Positions 60,021 through 64,000 of a stretch of 64,000 bases of DNA are shown here, in pieces; position 1 is the stretch's first letter; each line of letters begins with the position of its first letter. The DNA comes from a bacterium (lineage in GTDB: Bacteria > Patescibacteriota > Minisyncoccia > Phycocordibacterales > UBA9973), in contig JBAXSP010000004.1 in the NCBI GenBank assembly GCA_037130655.1, positions 337 to 64,336 of the forward strand, given 5' to 3'. The translations under genes were made by a program, and so were the position numbers. Under the pieces are notes generated by a model. That model saw only the letters and a list, made by a program, of their open reading frames with translations, was not told where the DNA came from and ran no database searches.

Positions 60021-60543
60021 GAGTGATATTCTTCGAAGTTTTACAAACCAAAAGTCCGATGATTGCGATAAATATACATAGAGACATCAGTGGAATCGTG
60101 ACAAAACCGAATTCATTCACGAAGTTTTGTGTGCAAGATACCGCTGAAGAGCAGGGAATCAGTGGAGAGAGTCCAAAGTTGAGGGAATTGTGATACAAAG
60201 AGATGATTGTGCCAAAAATAGCAAGAATACTGATTGTCCATACAGAAACAATCGATTCTTTCTTCCAAAAACCAATAAATGCAAGTGGAATCATTGGAAA
60301 CAGGGCGATTCGTTGCCACCAACAAAGCGTGCAAGGAGAATAATTGTACCCCATAGAATACACGAGGCTTCCCAAACAAGCACCGCTGACAATAATACCA
60401 ATCAAAAGCAAGGCTTTTTCTTTGATAAATAAAGTGATTTTATGATTTGGTGCAAAAAAACTAAGAAAAAATACCTTTAGTCCGAAGATTCCAATAAGAA
60501 GTGCTCCAATTGCTGAAAATGTGTTGAAAGTATCTACAGACAT
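60016..60543 (-). CDS. Disulfide bond formation protein B (DsbB/BdbC)
   Basis: PCTLCWWQR, multi-TM, second Cys pair, FVTIPLMSL. Confidence 0.9.
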   Translation of the reverse strand: MSVDTFNTFSAIGALLIGIFGLKVFFLSFFAPNHKITLFIKEKALLLIGIIVSGACLGSLVYSMGYNYSPCTLCWWQRIALFPMIPLAFIGFWKKESIVSVWTISILAIFGTIISLYHNSLNFGLSPLIPCSSAVSCTQNFVNEFGFVTIPLMSLCIFIAIIGLLVCKTSKNITQ

Positions 60544-60546
60544 AGG

Positions 60547-61146
60547 TTATTTAGCGGTTGAAGTCGCGTTAGTTGGTGTACCTAGATCAAAACCTGTCCA
60601 TTTTGCGAGTGTTTCAGGTGGAATTTCTCCGGTAATACGTGAAAATGGTGGGATTGTATAGCTTCCATCAGCATTTTTTGCAGGTTCAACATCCATTCCG
60701 ATCGTTTCTTTTTCAAAAACCCACACTTTTGAATATGGAGAAGCTGTTTTTTCACAAATAGGGTCATTGCTTGGTGTGTTTTCTTTGTATATGTCACAGA
60801 CAGCACGAAGGTTTTCGTTGATTGTGATAGGGTTGGTGAATTTCCATGTAGGGTAACTGGCGATTTTTTCATCTTTACAGATTTGTAGTTGCCCAGAACC
60901 ATCAGCAGTTGAACATTCTACATATGGAAGGAGTTTTACACTACTACCAAAAGCTTTTTTCTGGGCTTGGCAGTGTGGACACCAAAAGGCGCCATAGAAT
61001 TTTGCTCCGACAGTTTTCAAATGCATTGCTAAAGCATCGTATTGCCCTGGTTTTGATGAGTTTGTTCCTTTGTTTGCAATAATTCCTCCTGCGATACCAA
61101 GTATAAGCACCAATCCAATAATTCCAAAAAATAATTTTGTGTTCAT
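60547..61146 (-). CDS. Membrane-anchored thioredoxin-like oxidase (CPHC)
   Basis: FYGAFWCPHCQAQK, YVEC, YPTW cis-Pro loop; adjacent to DsbB. Confidence 0.85.
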   Translation of the reverse strand: MNTKLFFGIIGLVLILGIAGGIIANKGTNSSKPGQYDALAMHLKTVGAKFYGAFWCPHCQAQKKAFGSSVKLLPYVECSTADGSGQLQICKDEKIASYPTWKFTNPITINENLRAVCDIYKENTPSNDPICEKTASPYSKVWVFEKETIGMDVEPAKNADGSYTIPPFSRITGEIPPETLAKWTGFDLGTPTNATSTAK

Positions 61147-61218
61147 ATAAAGACATAATACCACGAGCCTTTTTCATCAACTAGTAGCGGATATTGTTGT
61201 GTGTTATACAATGTATAT

Positions 61219-61947
61219 ATGTCAGTATTTCTATTCGGACTATTTGCTGGGATTATGACCTTTTTGGGTGGTTTTTCGGCATTATACTTTTCTCGCAAAT
61301 CAAAAGACACACTTCATTTGATGGTTTCAGTAACTGCTGGAGCAATCTTGGTTTTGGCAGTAATTGGGTTGCCTGGTGAGGCGATAGAATTATTGGGAAA
61401 TGTACAAGGTGCACTTATGCTGATACTAGCAGGATTTTTGCTCTATCTTGTTTTGGATAGATCTCTCGTGCTACATAGTCATTCTCATGAAGCAGGTCAT
61501 GAGCACCGAGTTGTTCATCGTTCATCGTTTCGCGCTAGTGCAATGATCGCCCATAGTTTGCTCGATGGTATTGCTATTGGCCTTGCTGCGAAAGCTGACA
61601 TAGGGCTTTTAATCCCCGTTGGAATTGCGGTGATTGCCCACGATTTTTCTGATGGATTAAATACCGTCAGTGCAGTCCTCAAAGATGGTTCACGAAGAAA
61701 AGCATTGTGGTTCTTGATTCTCGATTCGATTGTTCCAATTCTTGGAATAGTGCTTGCCTATTATGTACTCACGGTTCCAGATAAGGTGCTCGGAGGAATA
61801 CTTGCGGTTATTGCTGGATTTTTCCTGTATATCTCTGCAAGCGATATTATTCCGGAAACTTTTCATAATCACCCGAAAACATTTACGACCGTTGCGACGG
61901 TTATTGGGGTGGTGTTGATGGGGGTATTGGTGCAGTTTGTGAAATAA
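61219..61947 (+). CDS. ZIP-family metal transporter
   Basis: His-rich loop, HSLLDGIAIG, AHDFSDG, multi-TM. Confidence 0.9.
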   Translation: MSVFLFGLFAGIMTFLGGFSALYFSRKSKDTLHLMVSVTAGAILVLAVIGLPGEAIELLGNVQGALMLILAGFLLYLVLDRSLVLHSHSHEAGHEHRVVHRSSFRASAMIAHSLLDGIAIGLAAKADIGLLIPVGIAVIAHDFSDGLNTVSAVLKDGSRRKALWFLILDSIVPILGIVLAYYVLTVPDKVLGGILAVIAGFFLYISASDIIPETFHNHPKTFTTVATVIGVVLMGVLVQFVK

Positions 61948-61979
61948 ATAAACAAAACCAGCTATATAGCTGGTTTTGT

Positions 61980-62192
61980 TTATTTTTCTAGTGTTGTATT
62001 TCCACTAATCAGATCAAAAATTTTATTTTCTATATTGAAAAGTTCTGTCTGCATATTTTTTAATATAGTATATTTTTCTCCACTAAAATCCTCGATGTTT
62101 TTAGTTTTTAAAAATTCTTCAATATATCCATCATATTCTTCATTCAATTTTTTCCAACTTGTTTTGATTTGATCAAATTCTTCCTTTTTCAT
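61980..62192 (-). CDS. Hypothetical protein
   Basis: 70-aa helical ORF with TATAAT upstream and a shared terminator downstream. Confidence 0.55.
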   Translation of the reverse strand: MKKEEFDQIKTSWKKLNEEYDGYIEEFLKTKNIEDFSGEKYTILKNMQTELFNIENKIFDLISGNTTLEK

Positions 62193-62207
62193 ACAGATAA
62201 ATTATAC

Positions 62208-62487
62208 AGGAATCGATCACAGATTACTAAAGCTATTTGTTTCGGTGGGAATCCCTCCTTACAGGGGCAGTAAACTTACAGTTTCTGTACACCTTTTGGA
62301 TATTTTTTCATAGGAATCGATCACAAGTATTTTTCACCAGAAAAATCTCGCGACCCCGCCTCGCCTATTTTTCGGGTGAAAAATTAGGGCTCCGGCTTTC
62401 GATTCCTACACGCAAAGCAAAATTGTTTGCTTCGCTCGAGGGGACACAAAAATAAAAACTGCACAAATTGTGCAGTTTTTATTTTTG
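62208..62487 (-). repeat. tRNA-tail cassette downstream of tRNA-Lys
   Basis: Split inverted copy TTCGATTCCTAC (62398) + CGAGGGGACA (62437); ATTTTTCACCAGAAAAAT hairpin; minus-strand TACTGCCCCTGTAAGGAG followed by degenerate 3'-end copy. Confidence 0.75.
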
Positions 62488-62560
62488 TCCCCTCGGTAGG
62501 AATCGAACCTACGACCATCTCCTTAAAAGGGAGCTGCTCTACCGACTGAGCTACGAGGGG
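62488..62560 (-). tRNA. tRNA-Lys(TTT)
   Basis: CCCCTCG/CGAGGGG-A acceptor, CTTTTAA anticodon loop, TTCGATT T-loop. Confidence 0.95.
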
Positions 62561-62611
62561 TTGGTTATTTTTCGGCAAGTTGCTGAAAATATGTTATAAA
62601 AATAGCATTAT

Positions 62612-63115
62612 ATGAACAAAAGGTCAATAACCCAAAATGAAAAGAAGTTAATTTTAGTACTCGACAATATTCGCAGTGAACACAATACCGGTTCGCTTTT
62701 TCGTACTGCCGACGGAGCAGGGGTGAGCAAGGTTTTTCTTGTAGGCACAACACCAAAACCAATCGATCGTTTTGGGCGGCCAGTTGGCACAATTGCAAAA
62801 ACTGCTCTCGGTGCAGAGAAAACTATTCCATATGAATATTATGCAACCACCGAAGAAACAATTACTGTATTAAAAAAAGAGGGAGTACATATATATAGTC
62901 TTGAGCAAACAGCAAGTAGTGTTTCTTTGTTTGATGTTGAACCACAATTTCCGTGTGCACTTATCGTTGGTAATGAAGTTGATGGGGTAAGCAAAGAGTT
63001 TGTTGATGCAAGTGATACAGTGCTTGAAATTCCAATGAACGGTGAAAAAGAAAGTTTGAATGTGAGTGTAGCAGGCGGAATAGGATTATTTTTTCTTTTG
63101 CAAAAGAAAAAATAA
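62612..63115 (+). CDS. TrmH/SpoU-family RNA methyltransferase
   Basis: LDNIRSEHNTGSLFRTAD, GNEVDG, IPM.G.KESLNVSVA. Confidence 0.93.
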   Translation: MNKRSITQNEKKLILVLDNIRSEHNTGSLFRTADGAGVSKVFLVGTTPKPIDRFGRPVGTIAKTALGAEKTIPYEYYATTEETITVLKKEGVHIYSLEQTASSVSLFDVEPQFPCALIVGNEVDGVSKEFVDASDTVLEIPMNGEKESLNVSVAGGIGLFFLLQKKK

Positions 63116-63127
63116 TCCTATTCCGCA

Positions 63128-63238
63128 AATGACCAGTGTCCCAGTGACTAATGACCAATAAAACTGAACAAAAAAAGAAATCTTTTTGGGATTTCTTTTT
63201 TTAAATATTAGTCACTAGTCATTGGTAATTAGTCATTA
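63128..63238. repeat. Heptamer-arm hairpin cassette #13
   Basis: AATGACC arm, hairpin AAAAAAAGAAATC...GATTTCTTTTTTT, inverted arm containing the stop of the small ORF. Confidence 0.88.
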
Positions 63239-63382
63239 CTTCCCATACGCTCTACTTTGTTCGTATGGTGTTGCTGGGGTGAGATATGGCTTATCTTTTT
63301 CTGCGCGAGCTGGTCCACCTGTGGCATACCAAAGAATCCAAAGAGCAACAAGCGATAATAAAATTATTTTTATTTCTGACAT
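63236..63382 (-). CDS. Small single-TM protein (48 aa)
   Basis: Hand translation MSEIKIILLSLVALWILWYATGGPARAEKDKPYLTPATPYEQSRAYGK; 3 bp after the mutM stop. Confidence 0.65.
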   Translation of the reverse strand: MSEIKIILLSLVALWILWYATGGPARAEKDKPYLTPATPYEQSRAYGK

Positions 63383-63385
63383 AGA

Positions 63386-64000
63386 TTAATTGTATCGCAC
63401 TTGGTGTGTATCGCAAAAGTGAGCACTGCGACCATTGATCACTTCACGAAGAATTGTTCCATTGCAATTTTTCATACCACACTTTGTTCCGTTCATTTTG
63501 TACGCCAAATGGTTTTCGTGAAATTGTCCCGGTTTGCCATGAATGTTTCGATAATCACTCGTCGAATCACCACCAAAATCAATACCTTTCTTGAGAACTA
63601 CGAGCATTGCTTTGTAAATATTTTTCCTTACTTCTTTCGGAATGTTGTTCCAGTTGCTCTTCGGGTGTACTCCTGCGCGAAAGAGTAATTCATCAGAATA
63701 AATATTTCCGATGCCGGCAATGGTGCGCGTGTCCATCAAGAATGTTTTGATTGGTCGAGTGTTTCCTTTTGCTTTGTCCAAAGTATTTTCAAAATCAGCG
63801 AAAGAAATATCTTGTGTAATGTCCGGGTGAGTTTGTGAATTGATTGGTTCCGGCCCACTGTCTTTCAAGTGTTTTGATGTTTCAATGTCAGTTGTTTTTT
63901 CAATAGTAATTTTGCCGAACTTACGAGCATCACAAAAAACTAAGTGTTTTGTTTTTCCTTTCTGTTCAAGAGTGAATACGCAGTGAATAAACCTATTATA
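63386..64000 (-). CDS. mutM: Formamidopyrimidine-DNA glycosylase (3' part; start beyond window)
   Basis: DARKFG, IAGIGNIYSDELLF, C-terminal zinc-finger-like region GRSAHFCDTHQ. Confidence 0.93.
   Translation of the reverse strand, partial: YNRFIHCVFTLEQKGKTKHLVFCDARKFGKITIEKTTDIETSKHLKDSGPEPINSQTHPDITQDISFADFENTLDKAKGNTRPIKTFLMDTRTIAGIGNIYSDELLFRAGVHPKSNWNNIPKEVRKNIYKAMLVVLKKGIDFGGDSTSDYRNIHGKPGQFHENHLAYKMNGTKCGMKNCNGTILREVINGRSAHFCDTHQVRYN

Noticed and set aside
59764-60026. ORFs 59764-60009, 59795-60022 and 59829-60026
   Set aside because: They overlap the palindromic element on both strands with mirror-image peptides, typical of spurious ORFs.
376-63238. CRISPR array interpretation of the recurring repeats
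   Set aside because: Units are 7-bp tandem repeats dispersed at gene ends, with no 23-47-bp repeats separated by unique spacers and no cas genes.

Overview
An AT-rich 64-kb stretch of a bacterial chromosome spanning the replication origin (nusA <- | dnaA-dnaN ->). Genes lie mostly on the minus strand before ~40.3 kb and mostly on the plus strand after it. Gene content and style (PrgI/VirB4-like/VirB6-like cluster, large secreted proteins, PilB, ComM, compact replication/repair/translation genes, almost no biosynthesis, -10 boxes directly before ATG) point to a Patescibacteria/CPR (Parcubacteria-like) genome; this is inference. Five tRNAs are present and none encodes CCA. The most unusual content is non-coding. 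(1) Three tRNA genes each carry a downstream cassette built from copies of that tRNA's own 3' end plus shared motifs. (2) A palindromic element family has a conserved core and locus-specific arms, and one copy sits in frame inside rsmA. (3) About 13 intergenic cassettes have inverted 7-bp tandem arrays flanking a terminator-like hairpin. (4) A parS-like cluster is written into the cca and yraN coding sequences next to a remote DnaA-box cluster. (5) There are two candidate structured ncRNAs. A Bacteroidota-type T9SS-sorting-domain protein and a fatty-acid desaturase lie beside tRNA-Pro. All calls were made by eye; no searches or folding programs were run.
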